From: Octopus sinensis
Taxonomy: Eukaryota
Reading direction: 5' to 3'
DNA: 64,000 nucleotides
NCBI RefSeq assembly: GCF_006345805.1
Contig: NC_043002.1
Coordinates: 55,924,001-55,988,000, forward strand
Of the stretch, positions 1 through 12,759 are shown in pieces; positions within the stretch are counted from its first letter, which is position 1; the number at the start of each line of letters is the position of its first letter. Both the position numbers and the translations under genes were made by a program. The notes below the pieces were generated by a model. It did not search any database and had not been told where the DNA came from. It was given only the letters and a program-made list of their open reading frames with translations.

Positions 1-788
1 GGGGTCGATTTGCTCAACTAAAGGCGGTGCTCCAGCATGGCCATAGTCAAATGACTGAAACAAGTAAAAGAGTAAAAGTAAGAGTATATCCCAGCAAGTA
101 ATTCAGATAGCACAGATGCCATAGCTTGCTGTAGAGGTGTAGAGTTCATGTTGATAACAACACACAGCTATGTCTTAAACTATCCACCATGGCTGTGATA
201 CTGCCAAACCCTGTATGATACGGGGGAGGGGGGAGTAATATAAATGATGTCAGGGTTGAGGACATCTCATATCAATATGAAGAGTCAAACAAAGAGATGT
301 AGTGAGCTCTAAGTATGGAGATTGGTTGTTTCACAGAGCAAACAGCCTAGCAGAATGTCCACTTGCTCAAGGACATCTTAAAACCTACCACTGGGAGCTT
401 GAAGTGTGTAGGGTAACATCATCATCAACAACAACATTGTTTGACATCTGTTCTCCATGCTGGCATAGGTTGGACAGGGACTGGCAAGCCACAGAGCTGC
501 ACCAGGCTCCAACTGTCTGTTTTGGCAGGGTTTCTATGGCTGGGTACCCTTCCAAAATGTCAACCACTTTACAGAGTGTTGATTGGGTGCTTTTTACGTG
601 GCACTGCTTTTTATGTGGTACCTGTACTGGTGTTTTTACATGACACTAGCAGAATTCTGTAACAGAAATGGTAGCTTGTGAAAAAGACAAAAGCAAAAAT
701 GATGATGATGATGAAAAAGTTAAAGCTGAAGAAGTGAAAGAAGACAAAACAGAAGAGATATAGTAATGGCAGCTGTGGAAACACTCAC

Positions 789-874
789 ATATCATGGAAA
801 AGTTCTTTGTATTCTGCATCCCCTTTATTATTGGTAATAAATAGGTCCAATTTCTCAAACATCTCTTTTTCCAC
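789..874 (-). CDS. DOCK3/DOCK4-like: DOCK exon: VEKEMFEKLDLFITNNKGDAEYKELFHD
   Basis: Corresponds to VE.E...KLD......KGD..Y.ELF; cag/gtgagt. Gene continues left of base 1. Confidence 0.95.
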
Positions 875-1321
875 CTGAAACAAGAACAACAAAATTAGAA
901 AGAGGTTGATGTTTCATAGTTTTGTGTCTCCTATGTTAGAGAGGCTATCATATAGGAGTACCTGAGCTCAGTTGTTAAAGTCTACAGGTGTTGATGATTT
1001 TAGTTTCCTTACTATAAAACACCAAATTCTCTCAGCTTTGGTTCACCAAGCAGATGCACACTTATTCTTGTCCCTTGATCTTACTTTCACAACTTTTGAT
1101 CCCATATCAGTCAAGGGGTCTTGTCTTGTAAGTACTCAGTGACCTCACTTTTGCTGGTGTCACATACAAAGCACGAAGTACACTCTGGAAAGTAGTTGGA
1201 ATAAGGAACAGTATCCAGCCAGAGAAACCATACCAAAACAGACATTGGGGTTCAGCACAGTCTTCTGGCTTGTCAGTTCATGTTGAACCATTCAACCAAA
1301 GCCAACATGGAAAAAGGAACA

Positions 1322-1549
1322 TTAACCCTTTCATTACTAACCCGGCTGAAACCGGCTCTGGCTCTGAGTACAAATATCTTGTTTTCATAAATTTTGAATT
1401 AAAATCTTCCACCAAACCTTAATCACAATTTATGTACTTATCACTAGCTTAATGATAACTAAGTTATTTTACTAAATTCTTTGTTATATTTAAAGTAATT
1501 GAAAGAAACACAGAGCGTCTCAAAATAAATACAGTAACAAAAGGGTTAA
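1322..1549. mobile_element. piggyBac-like MITE
   Basis: TTAA-CCCTTT ... AAAGGG-TTAA. Confidence 0.8.
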
Positions 1550-3203
1550 AGAATGATGATGATGACAGCCTAAGACAGCACAACATTTGTTATCCTTCAA
1601 AGATTCCATCCTTCCTGAAATTCATGAACACTTCTCTTAACATGCCTACGCACATTCCTTTATCACTCTTTCAATGTCCACTTTTCTGTCTTTTTCTGCG
1701 TATTGTTGATGTACTTCTAAGCTTTCATTGCTGTCTTCTTTACTTGACTAATTATGGTAGCTTTCTCTCCTCTCATTTAACCTCTTCTGATGATGTGCAG
1801 TGCATCTGACCACTGTAATACAATAAGCTCTTTATTATTATTATTATTATTATTAGTCTAAAGAGGAGGAAAGGCAGGATAGATAGCCTTTTTCACAAGA
1901 GGATCCTCCTTATATATTGAGGTCAAACGGATGAATAAAACAAAGGCTTAATGGAGTTAAAATTCAGTTTCGTTTCTTGATTTCCATTTTTGGAAAGCAT
2001 TTAAAAGAAAAACATGGAGAGCTGAAGAGTAGCACAGAAAGAGTTTCACTGAGAACAATGACTGAGAAAAGCTTCCCATAAGGGGATCAGGGTAGGAAAA
2101 AGCAAGGGGTTCTTGTATGTTTTGAGAGTTAGGGAACATGTAATCAGAAAGGTCAGGGAGTGTTGGGTAATGATCAAACAACCACCAATATAAATGGATA
2201 AAATGGGGGTTCTTCTGAAGGATCTCTGCAGTAAAATGATTCGAAAGGAAGCAGAAATTGGAAATCATGGAGTTTCTCCAGGTTGAAACCTACCACTGGA
2301 AGCTTTAAGTGTGTAGGGTAACATCATCATCAACAACAACATTGTTTAATATCTGTTCTCCATGCTGACATAGGTTGGACAGGGACTGGCAAACCACAGA
2401 GCTGCACTAGGCTCCAACTGTCTGTTTTGGCAGGTTTTCTCCAGGTTGAGCCACAACTATTCTGCATTGTTAGATCACAACTCTGGAATGATGGACATGG
2501 GATTAAAATGTCACTAGAATTGCAAGATGGATTCTTCAAGCCAGGTCAACCAGTGGGAGACTTTGGAGGTAGACTGGAGAACAAGATGGTTGGATAATAT
2601 CTGTAACAGGATGAGAGGTCCCCCGCACTGGATGGGTGCAGCTCGCATCCTTTACATTAAACATAAATCGAAGAAAGAGTCAAGAATTCCGATTAAGTTC
2701 AACAGTATAAATATTTATTTCTTGATTCGCAATATATACATTTCTTCCTCTGGGCGAATCGGCAGCCTAGGAGCTTATCGTAGTAGTCAAGTGGAGTGAG
2801 CCAATCCTGTCCGTTCAAGCATAGCGGAGATATGCCACGAGGTAGCAACTTGAGAGAGCTGATAAAACACGTCTGTCTTGTTCAGAAGCTGGCGTTCAAG
2901 AGAGTGATACGAGGGAATTTCGCTGCTGCTAGTTTTCTGCGCAAACATGAGGGAACTTCTGGCAGGCCTCCTAGAAGACTCCAACCCTGCGCATGCGTGC
3001 TGGAGATTTCCAAAATGGCGTCACTACAAGCCATAGTCTCAGGAGGTCATGCTGGGGAGTTCTACAGGAAAGCATAATGACGGTTCCTTCTGAGAGGATT
3101 GTATGAAGAAGAGGGAGGGGCATGACAGCTCTACCCCTATGACCCACCCACAAATAGTGGACAGAGAAGATGGATGGAAGTTCAAAGAAACAGTGACCAG
3201 TAA

Positions 3204-3685
3204 TTAACCCTTTCATTACTGTATTTATTTTGAGATGTTCTGCGTTTCTTTCAATTACTTTAAATATAACAAAGAATTTAGTAAAATAACTTAGTTATCA
3301 TTCAGCTAGTGTTAGGAACATAAATTGTGACTAAGGTTCGGTGGAAGATTTTAATTCAAAACTTATGAAAACAAGACATTTGTACTACAGAGCCAGAGCT
3401 GGTTTCAGCTGGATTGGTATCAAAAGAGTTAAGAATTATTTCTCTAATATATATTTTAACCTTTTTGTTACCATATTTCTGTTGAGATGTTCTGTGTTTC
3501 TTTCAATTAATTTTAAATGTAACAAAGAATTTAGTAAAATAACTTAGTTATCATTAAGCTAGTGTTAGGAATATAAATTGTGATTAAGATTTGGTGGAGG
3601 ATTTTAATTCAAAACTTTTAAAAACAAGACATTTGTACTACAGAGCCAGAGATGGTTTCAGCTGGGTTGGTAATGAAACGGTTAA
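3204..3685. mobile_element. piggyBac-like MITE with an internal ~230-250 bp tandem duplication
   Basis: TTAA-CCCTTTCATTAC ... TAATGAAACGG-TTAA; same family as 1,322-1,549. Confidence 0.75.
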
Positions 3686-3922
3686 AGATGAAACTGCAGT
3701 GAAGATGTTGTCCAGCCATTATGGAAAACCTAGCAAAGAATCAAAGATCCCTTTTTCCATCATTTAGTTTGAGGGGAAAAAAAAAACAAGGAGGGGGAAG
3801 TGGAAGGCACTACATAAGTATTATGTAGTTGTTACTTAGTTTCAAATTGTGAGCAAAAGAAAACACAGGAGTACATGATGATGATGATGATGACGATGAT
3901 GATAATGATAAGCGGAATTTAC

Positions 3923-4071
3923 CTTCGTAAAACTTTTGCTAAGTTTCATCTCACACTCCATCATATCAAATAAAATAGGCAAAGTTGCCTTGCGTAATTC
4001 CTTGTCTGGTACAAGAGTCACTTCCAGGAATGGTCCAACCAAATATGGAATGAAATGGAACTTATAGTCAT
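3923..4071 (-). CDS. DOCK3/DOCK4-like: DOCK exon: (D)DYKFHFIPYLVGPFLEVTLVPDKELRKATLPILFDMMECEMKLSKSFTK
   Basis: FIP..VGP.LE.TL.P..ELRKAT.PI.FDMM motif; cag/gtaaat. Confidence 0.98.
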
Positions 4072-4636
4072 CTGCAATTGAAAATTTAATCAAATTGGTT
4101 AATTAACATTCAGAAATATGGTGCAAACCCTCACCTGTTTCCAAGTAAGGTAATATTTCCCCTTGGTAGGACATGTTTTTATAGAAAACTCACAATGAAT
4201 GACACTGCTTGTATGACAGTGACACTCATTTACAGCTATCACATCATGTCAAGTCAAGGAAACACATACACACACTCTTACAAACACATACACATGATGG
4301 GCTTCTTTCAGTTTCCTTCTATCACATCCACTCACAAGACTTTAATTGGCTCAAGGCTATAGTAGAAGACACTTGCTCAAGGTGCCATGCACTGGGATTG
4401 AAACTGGAACAATGTGGTTGGGAGCAAGTTTCTTACCACGCAGATTGCCTGCATTATATATGGTAGAATCTGAAGAACAGCAACAGTGATAAGAACCTTC
4501 AGTTCTCCAACTCATACCAAATTGGTCAGTTATGACTATACAACTCACAACATTATTTATTAAAATATTCAAAAGATTATTTAAAAATTATGTTTAAAAA
4601 TTTGATTTAAAAAATTTTGAATGTCCCAAAACTTAC

Positions 4637-4695
4637 CAAGGTCCTGCCAGAGTGTTTGAACTTGAAATCCAAGCAAAACTCGCATATCTTGGTAC
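4637..4695 (-). CDS. DOCK3/DOCK4-like: DOCK exon: (R)YQDMRVLLGFQVQTLWQDL
   Basis: Y.DMRV...WQ.L is DOCK-B type; aag/gtaagt. Confidence 0.95.
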
Positions 4696-5869
4696 CTTAA
4701 AAAAAAACAAGCAAAATCAGTAAAGTGAAGAATAGTAAGAAATTTCCAAACTTTAATTTGTTTTATGTGATTAAGATGAGTTTGACAAACTCATCATCAT
4801 CACCATCACTTAACATCCGTTTTCCATGCTGGCATGGGTTGGATGGTTTGACTGGCACTAGCAAGGCCAAGGAGAGAGCCACACCAAGTCCTATTGTCAG
4901 TTTTAGCTTGGTTTCTATGGCTGGATGCCCTTCCTAATGCCAAACATTTTACAGAGTGTGCTGGGTGCTTTTTCATGTGGAACCCTCACCAGTGCGTTTT
5001 ACATTACACCAGCACTGGTGCTATTTATATGATACTAGTACCAACAGGGTTATCAAGTACCTTGCAAGAAAAGACAGCCTCAACTTGGAGTGGGGACTCA
5101 AGAGTGCCACTCAAGAGATTTAAGGTATAAAGGGAACAGATATGGGAGTCTTGCAAAGGATAGACTAACTATAAGTTGAATTATGAAGGGAGCTGCAGAT
5201 TGGAATTGGTATGTGATGGTTGTAAAAGAGAATACTTAGAGGTATATCAAGCATGAAGGACCAAGTGAATAAGGTTCTGGAAACCAAGTGGAGACATTGG
5301 TGGATTTAATTTCATCAATCATCATCCACTTTCCCATGATTGGAATTCAGTGAGGCAAATTTTCTATGCTTTTCTTGTCTCCTGTGCCTCTTACCATGTA
5401 AAGTAATATTTTCCTGAAGCTTGACATATTTCTAGCGAAGACTGGAAATGAGGAGCTCAGCTTGTGTGATGGGGACAATCATTTACTACTACCCTATGAT
5501 GTTGACACACACACACACCATCATCATCGTCATCATTATCATCGTTTTAATGTTCACTCCTCCATGTTTGTATAGGTCAAATGGAATTTGATGAAGCAGC
5601 TTTTCTATGGCTGGATGCCCTTCCTGTCACCAACCTTCTCCTGTTTTCAAGCTGAGTAATATTTCCTTCATGACCAGACATGTTATTCACAGAAGATTGG
5701 AAATGAACAACACTGTTTATAGGACAGTGACACTCATTTACAATTATCACATGATGTCAAGACAGGGGGAGGGGAAAGAAGAAGTGAAGTGGGAAGAGGA
5801 GGAAGGAAGAGAAGAGAAGAAAGGAAAAGAAGAAACTGCTGGTGGTGACAAAGAAGACTCTTTCCTCAC

Positions 5870-5970
5870 CTTTCCTTTATCTTCTGACTTTTGGCTATTG
5901 AAAAATTCTCTAGTTGAAGACTTGGTTGAATTATAAAGCTAACAGCCAGGTGGAAGTAATTGTTCCAGAG
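5870..5970 (-). CDS. DOCK3/DOCK4-like: DOCK exon: [33 protein letters not shown](R)
   Basis: Highly conserved [17 protein letters not shown]; cag/gtgagg. Confidence 0.98.
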
Positions 5971-6176
5971 CTGAAAATAGAAACAGAAATACATTGGAAA
6001 TTCTATCAATCCCCAATTCGGTTATTTTGAGTTTGTCTGTTGCGACAAAGGAATGGCAGAAATAATGAGGTATCAAGCTCTCTTCTCACCAAAATCAGGG
6101 ACTCTTACTGCTAGCACCTCCCTGTGCCATTGGGTAGACAAGGCACTGATTCTACAAGTACATTAAGGATCTAGTA

Positions 6177-6241
6177 CAGTGGTTCCCAACCCTTCTATTT
6201 CAATGAGTTTTCCCACAGACACCTTTTGATATGCTTATCAT

Positions 6242-6289
<48 letters not shown>

Positions 6290-6368
6290 TTTGAATTTAG
6301 TTCACGGACCCCCAGTCCTACTTTTGCGGACCCCCAGGGGTCCATGGATCCCAGGTTGGGAACCACTG
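6177..6368. mobile_element. hAT-family MITE with internal (TA)n
   Basis: Same TIRs; TSD ATCTAGTA/GTCTACTA (6/8). Confidence 0.82.
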
Positions 6369-6723
6369 GTCTACTAGATAGATCACCTCTATTGAGTTCA
6401 AATTTAAAGAAAGCATTTTTTTTCAGCCCCAAGTCAGTCTAATCAAGTAGATTGCTACTCAAAGACATTCCATCTGTGGCCATCCTGTCTTTCTCAGACA
6501 TAATTTATCTTAGATTGCATTATCCAATATATCCTTCCTTAAAAAAAAAAAAAAAAAAAACAATAGAGAAATTTGAGAAATATTTGACTGCTATTTCTAG
6601 CAGGTTACTCCATATATTGTAACACAGGATTACATAAGTAATTCAGCTCATAGCACTGTTTGACAGAAAACTGGAGTTTTAACAAGCTGAAAAAAACAAC
6701 AGAAAATGTTTCACTAAACTTAC

Positions 6724-6802
6724 TTGGTATTCAAAGTTGGTGTCCAGTAAGAAGTTGTCAGACAGAGCACGAGCAAAATAGTGAATTGAAGTCAATATGA
6801 CA
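6724..6802 (-). CDS. DOCK3/DOCK4-like: DOCK exon: (N)VILTSIHYFARALSDNFLLDTNFEYQ
   Basis: Phase fits; cag/gtaagt. Confidence 0.93.
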
Positions 6803-6844
6803 CTGAAACGATAACAGAAAACATTAGATAAGTAATGACATTTA

Positions 6845-7095
6845 CGTTATTTACATTTGATGGATATTTGTCCTCATCTTGTTTGTCATTAACACAACAT
6901 TTTGGCTGATATACCCTCCAGCCTTATTATTCTTTTGCAATAGTAAAAAAAAAACTTGGGTTCTCATTCCTAAGGTATTTTTCAGTGTTATTAAGGTCAC
7001 TGCCTGGAATCAAACTCAGAATCTTGGGGTTAGTAACCTGTGCTCTTAACCACTACACCATATACTCATGGGCATATGATGTAGTCATTAAGAGA
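6845..7095 (-). mobile_element. Third hammerhead-tail SINE copy with the start of an inverted second head
   Basis: Tail and head homologous to 14,494-14,735; junction ccactacaccatatactcatgggcatatgatgtagtcattaagag is quasi-palindromic. Confidence 0.75.
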
Positions 7096-7726
7096 TAACT
7101 TGTCTCTAGCCTAAACCAAAAAGAAACTATTCCCAGTTCTGTATTTTATGAATGCATTTTCAATAATACATGGTGAATAAAAACCTATTTTAAGCTTACA
7201 AACATACAATTTTTTATTTTTTAATACAGTACAGTAAAACAAAAAAGTAATCTAAATTTACGAATACAATTTGGTGGTGTTTACCAAACATCGCAGACAC
7301 TTTATTTATGAATGCAGTTTGCAATAAGACATGGTAAAATAAAAGCCACTTTTAAGCTTAAAAAATAAATTCAGTAATTATTATTCTTTCGCAATAGTAA
7401 AAAAAAAACTAAATTATTTAAAATTTACCAATACATACATACAGTTCATTCACTAAGCTACACTACTTTATGGTAGGTATCTTAACATTTACTGTACATA
7501 TTTTGATATGATGATTTTATATGCTTTTATTCTTATTTATTGTACAGTAACATGATTTTATGCACTTTTAACGATTTTCTAGTGGTTTTATGATTCCAAG
7601 ATTTGTAGCGGACAGACGTAAAGTCAAGTAAAATGACTTAACTTGATTTTTATTTTTCCATATATTATTTTTGAAAACTGACATATAATTGAGAATGACT
7701 TAAGCCAAGGTATGCCTCTGTGTGTG

Positions 7727-7764
<38 letters not shown>

Positions 7765-7768
<4 letters not shown>

Positions 7769-9656
7769 GTCATCCCATAAGTTCTGTCCGAATTTTGAAT
7801 AAAGAAAACAAGTGATCAAATGTTATATTTAACTGAAATTTAATCATCAATGTACTTTCCTTGATTATCTATGACTTCTTTCCATCTATTTACAAGCTTT
7901 TTAATCCCATCAATGTACAACTCTTTGGTTTCAAAGCAAAGAACTCTGAAATGTCAGTTTCAACCTCCTCTTGGCTTGCAAAAGTTATGTTCCCCAAATG
8001 ATTCTGTAAACTACAAAACAAATGGTACTCTGAAGGAGCAAGGTTGGGAGAATAAGGTAGATGAGAAATTTTTTCCCAACCAAGCTCTTCGATCTTCTGT
8101 GATATCATCTTTGCAGTGTGGGGTCGCACATTGACCTGATGAAACATCACTGCTTTTTGATTCACTAAAGCATGTCATTTTTTCTTCAAAGCTTGGTTCA
8201 AATGCTCTAATTGCTGACAGTAGACTTGAGCATTGATTGTTGCATTAGGTGGTAACATTTCAAAGTGAATTATTCCTTTGCAATCCCACCAGAGAGAGAG
8301 AAGAACCTTTTTCCCATGAAGTTCTCGGTTGTGGCTGAGCTTTTATCCTTTTACCAAGCCACTGTTTAACACTTCAATAGAAGATCCATTTTTCATCACC
8401 AGTTATAGGTCTATCCGAAAAGAGTGAAATGAGTTCACGAGAATGGAGAGAAGAGCAGATGTCAACTCAGGATTTGCGGTTGCTTTCGGACAATTCAGGA
8501 GACACTCATTTTCCAAGTTTAGGAACTTTTCCTAGCTGTTGAAGACAACAATGAACAGTTGTATGGTTTGAACTAAGCTTTATTGCCAATTCTTCAATTG
8601 ATAATGCAGGATTTTCTTCAAGTAATGCCTCAAGGAGCTTATCATCAAACTCAACTGGACATCTTGTTCGATCTTCATCTTCAAGGCTGAAACCTCCACT
8701 TCTGAATTTTGCAAATCATCTTCTGCAAGTTCTTTCATTCAAGCATTCCTTCCCATAAACTGAGTGTATGTTTTGAGTCGCTTCGACTGCAGAATTTCCT
8801 TTTTTGTACTCATAAAGCATCATCATCATCATCGTTTAACGTCCGTTCTCCATGCTAGCATGGGTTGGACGGTTCGACTGGGGATCGGGGAAGCCAGAAG
8901 GCTGCACCAGGCTCCAGTCTTATCTGGCAATGTTTCTACAGCTGGATGCCCTTCCTAATGCCAACCACTCCGTGAGTGTAGTGGGTGCTTTTTACGTGCC
9001 ACCTGCACAGGTGCCAGGCGAGGCTGGCAACGGCCACAGTCAGATTGGTGCATTTTACGTGCCACCGGCACGGAAGCCAGTCGAGGCGGCACTGACATCG
9101 GCCACGATTCAGATGGTGCTTTTTACGTGCCACCGGCACGGAAGCCAGTCGAGGCGGCGCTGGCATCGGCCACGATTCGGATACTGCTTTTTACGTACCA
9201 CCAGTCCAGGAGTCCTGGCATCTGCCGGGTGCCAGTCATAGGATTGGTTCAATTTCGATTCCGATTTCAATTTCACTTGCCCCAACAGGTCTTCGCAAGC
9301 AGAGGGGGGTTGGCATGGGTGCCTGTCGTCGGATGAGGTTCGATATCGACTTCGCTTGCCTCAACAGGTCTTTGTGTGTCCAAGGGAGGAAAGGCATGCA
9401 TAAGTGGGCTGGACTCACTTGTCCTGCCTGGTCTTCTCATGCAAGCCTTAAATGCTCATTGGATACTTCCATGTTAGAAAGGGTTTTAATCAAAGAAATT
9501 TTAATTCTATTATTCTGTAAAATAATATTCAATTTGTTTAAATGTACACAAATGCATAAAAATAATTTTTGATTCCATTAGACATTCTAAAATACTATTA
9601 AATTTCATTCAATTTTAAAAAGGATAAAATCAGACAGAACTTATGGGATGACCTGA
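7765..9656 (-). mobile_element. Full-span, decayed mariner transposon
   Basis: TIRs TCAGGTCATCCCATAAGTTCTGTC / GACAGAACTTATGGGATGACCTGA in TA context. Start MEVSNEHLR near 9473; motif YSPNLAPSEYHLF (decayed YSPDLAPSDYHLF). Frameshifts and a nested insertion. Confidence 0.92.
8818..9440 (-). mobile_element. RTE-LINE 3'-UTR fragment nested in the mariner
   Basis: (CAT)n tail plus shared tail sequence homologous to 34,369-35,030; internal ~55-60 bp repeats. Confidence 0.85.
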
Positions 9657-10151
9657 TATATATAAAGAGAGAGGGAGCACAATTATGGCACTGAATATAA
9701 AGGAGTGTAATTGCCATCATCCCAGTTGGCAGATAGGAATAATTTTTTTCTAATTGTGGCACAATGCCAGCAGTTTTGAGGAGACGGGTTAGTTGAATAC
9801 ATTAAACCCCCTCACTCTAGTGCATAACTGGTACTTATTTAATCAACCCTGAAAGGATGAAAGGCAAAATCGACCATGGTGGAATTTGAATTCAGAATGT
9901 AGAGACGGACAAAATACCACTAAGCATTTCGCCCAGCATGCTAACGATTCTGCCAGCTCGCCACCTTCATATATAATAATAATAATAATCTGTCATGTCT
10001 ATATGACAGACAATACACTCAGAATGTCTATAACAAAGACTTGAACCGATCAAGTTTTTAGTACAACAATGACCATACAATTTACTGGTAACAAAAATTA
10101 GATTCTTCTAATATCACAATAATAATGAGAAATTCAAAACAAAATTCTTAC

Positions 10152-10246
10152 TTGTTCATAACCATTCGCATGACAGACCAATCACAGGGGAAAGTGTCAA
10201 AATTGATTAAATTATGAAATGTAACTAAGACCAGGTTTAGAAATTC
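10152..10246 (-). CDS. DOCK3/DOCK4-like: DOCK exon: EFLNLVLVTFHNLINFDTFPCDWSVMRMVMN(N)
   Basis: FP.DW.VMR motif; cag/gtaaga. Confidence 0.96.
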
Positions 10247-10530
10247 CTGAAAAACAAAAATGTAAAAATATAATTACTATAAAAAAAAAGAAATGATTGG
10301 GATTTAAAACTTTTATATATTTAACCTTTTAACATTTAGATAACTCTGTCAAATGTAATGCTTATTTATTCATATTGCTCTGAACTAATCATGCATTATC
10401 TTGTGGCTTTGAGATTTCGATGATGTGATTGTTTATTTTTAGAAGAACATGTGACAGGTCAGATCTCGCCAGTTTGAACACAGAACGGGGAGAATAATTT
10501 TTTTCTCTCTGTTTTTATTTCCTTGTGTTC

Positions 10531-10566
10531 CTTTCTGTTGAAGAGCGTAGGCTCGAAGCGTAAAAG
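10531..10566 (+). ncRNA. Hammerhead-like motif with variant core, in a Penelope-like tail
   Basis: CTTT-CTGTTGA-A-GAGC-GTAG-GCTC-GAAG-C-GTA-AAAG. Confidence 0.5.
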
Positions 10567-11360
10567 ACTTTCTCACCTTCCTGAGCATCAAACTATTACA
10601 CCTGCTTGTTGTTTACACACCTGTCTTCATCTTTTGTTTTTCTGTAAATTTCAACTAGAATATTCTGGCTGGATAATGGCCAGTTTCAATGCTAAAAAGT
10701 TAATCAAAGTTCAGGGTTCACTTGGTTACCACATTGAGTACTTGATAAATAAACACCTTGAAGAACATGCAAGAATAAACTGGAAACTCGACTCTTTTGA
10801 AAAAAAAAACCTCCTCGAGCCCACCCTTAGTTCTATGAGATAAATTTCCTGTTTTAAAGGAATCTAAATTAAAACCTTCCATCTAAATTCCATCTTAATT
10901 TACATTCCAAATACCTGATTATTACTAAATTCTTCATTATTTTCAAAAATTAATTAAATCAAAGACAATGTGCATTTGGTCAGAAATATGGTAATAAAAG
11001 GGTTAATCAGTTGAAAGACATATTCCTTAGTGGAAAGTTTAACCCTTTTGGTTCCAACCCACCTGATACTGCCCCATCGTGTATGTCTGTAAACACACAC
11101 AAATGGGCTTCTTTCAGTTTCCATTTACCAAATCCACTCACACAGCTCTGGTTAGCCCAAGGCTATAATAGAAGACGCTTGCCCAAGTTGCCACACAGTG
11201 GAACTGAACATGCAACAATGTGGTTGGGAAGCAAACTTCTTACTACACAGCTACACCTGTGCCTGCACATATTGTAACAAAAAGTGTACTAAAATGTGTG
11301 TATTTATAAACTCTTTATAATATATACAATAAGGGTTTGAAAAAGATAAGAGATACTGAC

Positions 11361-11459
11361 CCTTAGAGGAATTCCTTGAGCATAAGCTTCAAATAAGGCA
11401 GTATAGTGATCATCATCCATGATTCTCAACATTTCAACAAAACAGCTAACAACAGCACG
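11361..11459 (-). CDS. DOCK3/DOCK4-like: DOCK exon: RAVVSCFVEMLRIMDDDHYTALFEAYAQGIPLR
   Basis: Corresponds to EYVSCLLSLLRQM...H; tag/gtcagt. Confidence 0.92.
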
Positions 11460-12637
11460 CTAACAAAAAAAAACCAAAAAAACAAAAGCTCAAATGAAAT
11501 GATAAATCTGTAAAAAGCAAAGAAAACAAAAGGGTAGTTGTGTAAATCCAAAATAAAATCTCCTTTGGAACTGTATTCAGTGGTTTGGAAGTCACACTTT
11601 GGGTGTGGTCCAAGCATTATGGTGTGTCATATGGATAATTACAAGAGAGTTAAAGTGCAGAACATGGTGTTGTGTACAACAATAATACCTGGCAGCAAAT
11701 AACCGACAGGTAATCAATATCTGATGATTTTGTTCAAAACCTGATATGAGTATGTAGCAGATTTGAAATCGGATCACTGGATAGCCAAGTAAACATCACG
11801 GCTAAGCCACTGTTGTTTCACATGATAGGCCAATTAAACCAACCAACCTGTGTCACGCCAAATCCAAATTCAACTTTCTAGAATTTCTCATTGAGCCCTA
11901 TGTGAAAGTGGGATTTTGGGGGAAACTCAAGAATGCTGAGGTAGTCGTTTGATGTGTTTCCATTCTCATGGCTGTTTAGAAGAGACAAATTTTGCCATCA
12001 ATGAATAGGCCAGACACAGATTGCTATATACCAGTTAAATTGTCATAGATCCCAGCAGTATGGCTCTCCCCCACCCCCGGTAGTGTCAATGTCCTTGTTT
12101 GTCATTCAAAAACCAACATAGAAATCATTGTCTGCAGTAAATAAAATGTCAGTTAATTGATCCCAAGTGTTGTAAATTATTTTTACATGCAGCTCTAGAA
12201 AGACATTTTCCACCAACATCAAGAACCAAACAACACCTCTTGACAAGCACTTCAATGCTACGTCCACCAGTTTTGTTGGATAACAGGCATTTAGTGTACT
12301 TCTGCTATCACCTCCCAATTATATGGATGGAGCTTTGATATGTGTGAAAAATATTTTCCTAGAATTACATTTCCAAAGTCAAGATGTGTCTTCCATGACA
12401 CAAAATATGGTATTTATGTCGAGTTTTGTTGCCAAAGTCCATAGATTTCAGAGGAATCAGAGTATATTAATTCAAAGACAACACACAACTTATCCCTAAA
12501 ATATTACAGGTAGTAATACCAGAGAAATGGTAGTAATGCCAAAGAAATCAAAGAAATCGAATGGACTTAAAACATGCAAATTATGACCATTTTGTCTTTT
12601 TTCTTTTTAAAGGCAGTCTGAATACAAATGAATAAAC

Positions 12638-12759
12638 CAGTGGTTCCCAACTTGCGGCCCACGGACCCCTGGTAGTCTGCAAAGGTAGTACTAGGGGTCA
12701 GTGGGAAAACTTATTAAAATAAAAGGGATTCTCAGTAGTGAAAAGGTTGGGAACCACTG
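12638..12759. mobile_element. hAT-family MITE
   Basis: CAGTGGTTCCCAAC / GTTGGGAACCACTG TIRs; TSD GAATAAAC/GAATAAAG. Confidence 0.88.

Noticed and set aside
2740-3080. snRNA, 7SK or RNase P/MRP gene, or a 93-aa coding ORF
   Set aside because: No diagnostic conserved motifs were matched; better explained as a TE-like insert.
7765-9656. Active or domesticated mariner transposase
   Set aside because: Catalytic motif altered (YSPNLAPSEY), frameshifts, and a ~620-bp insertion.
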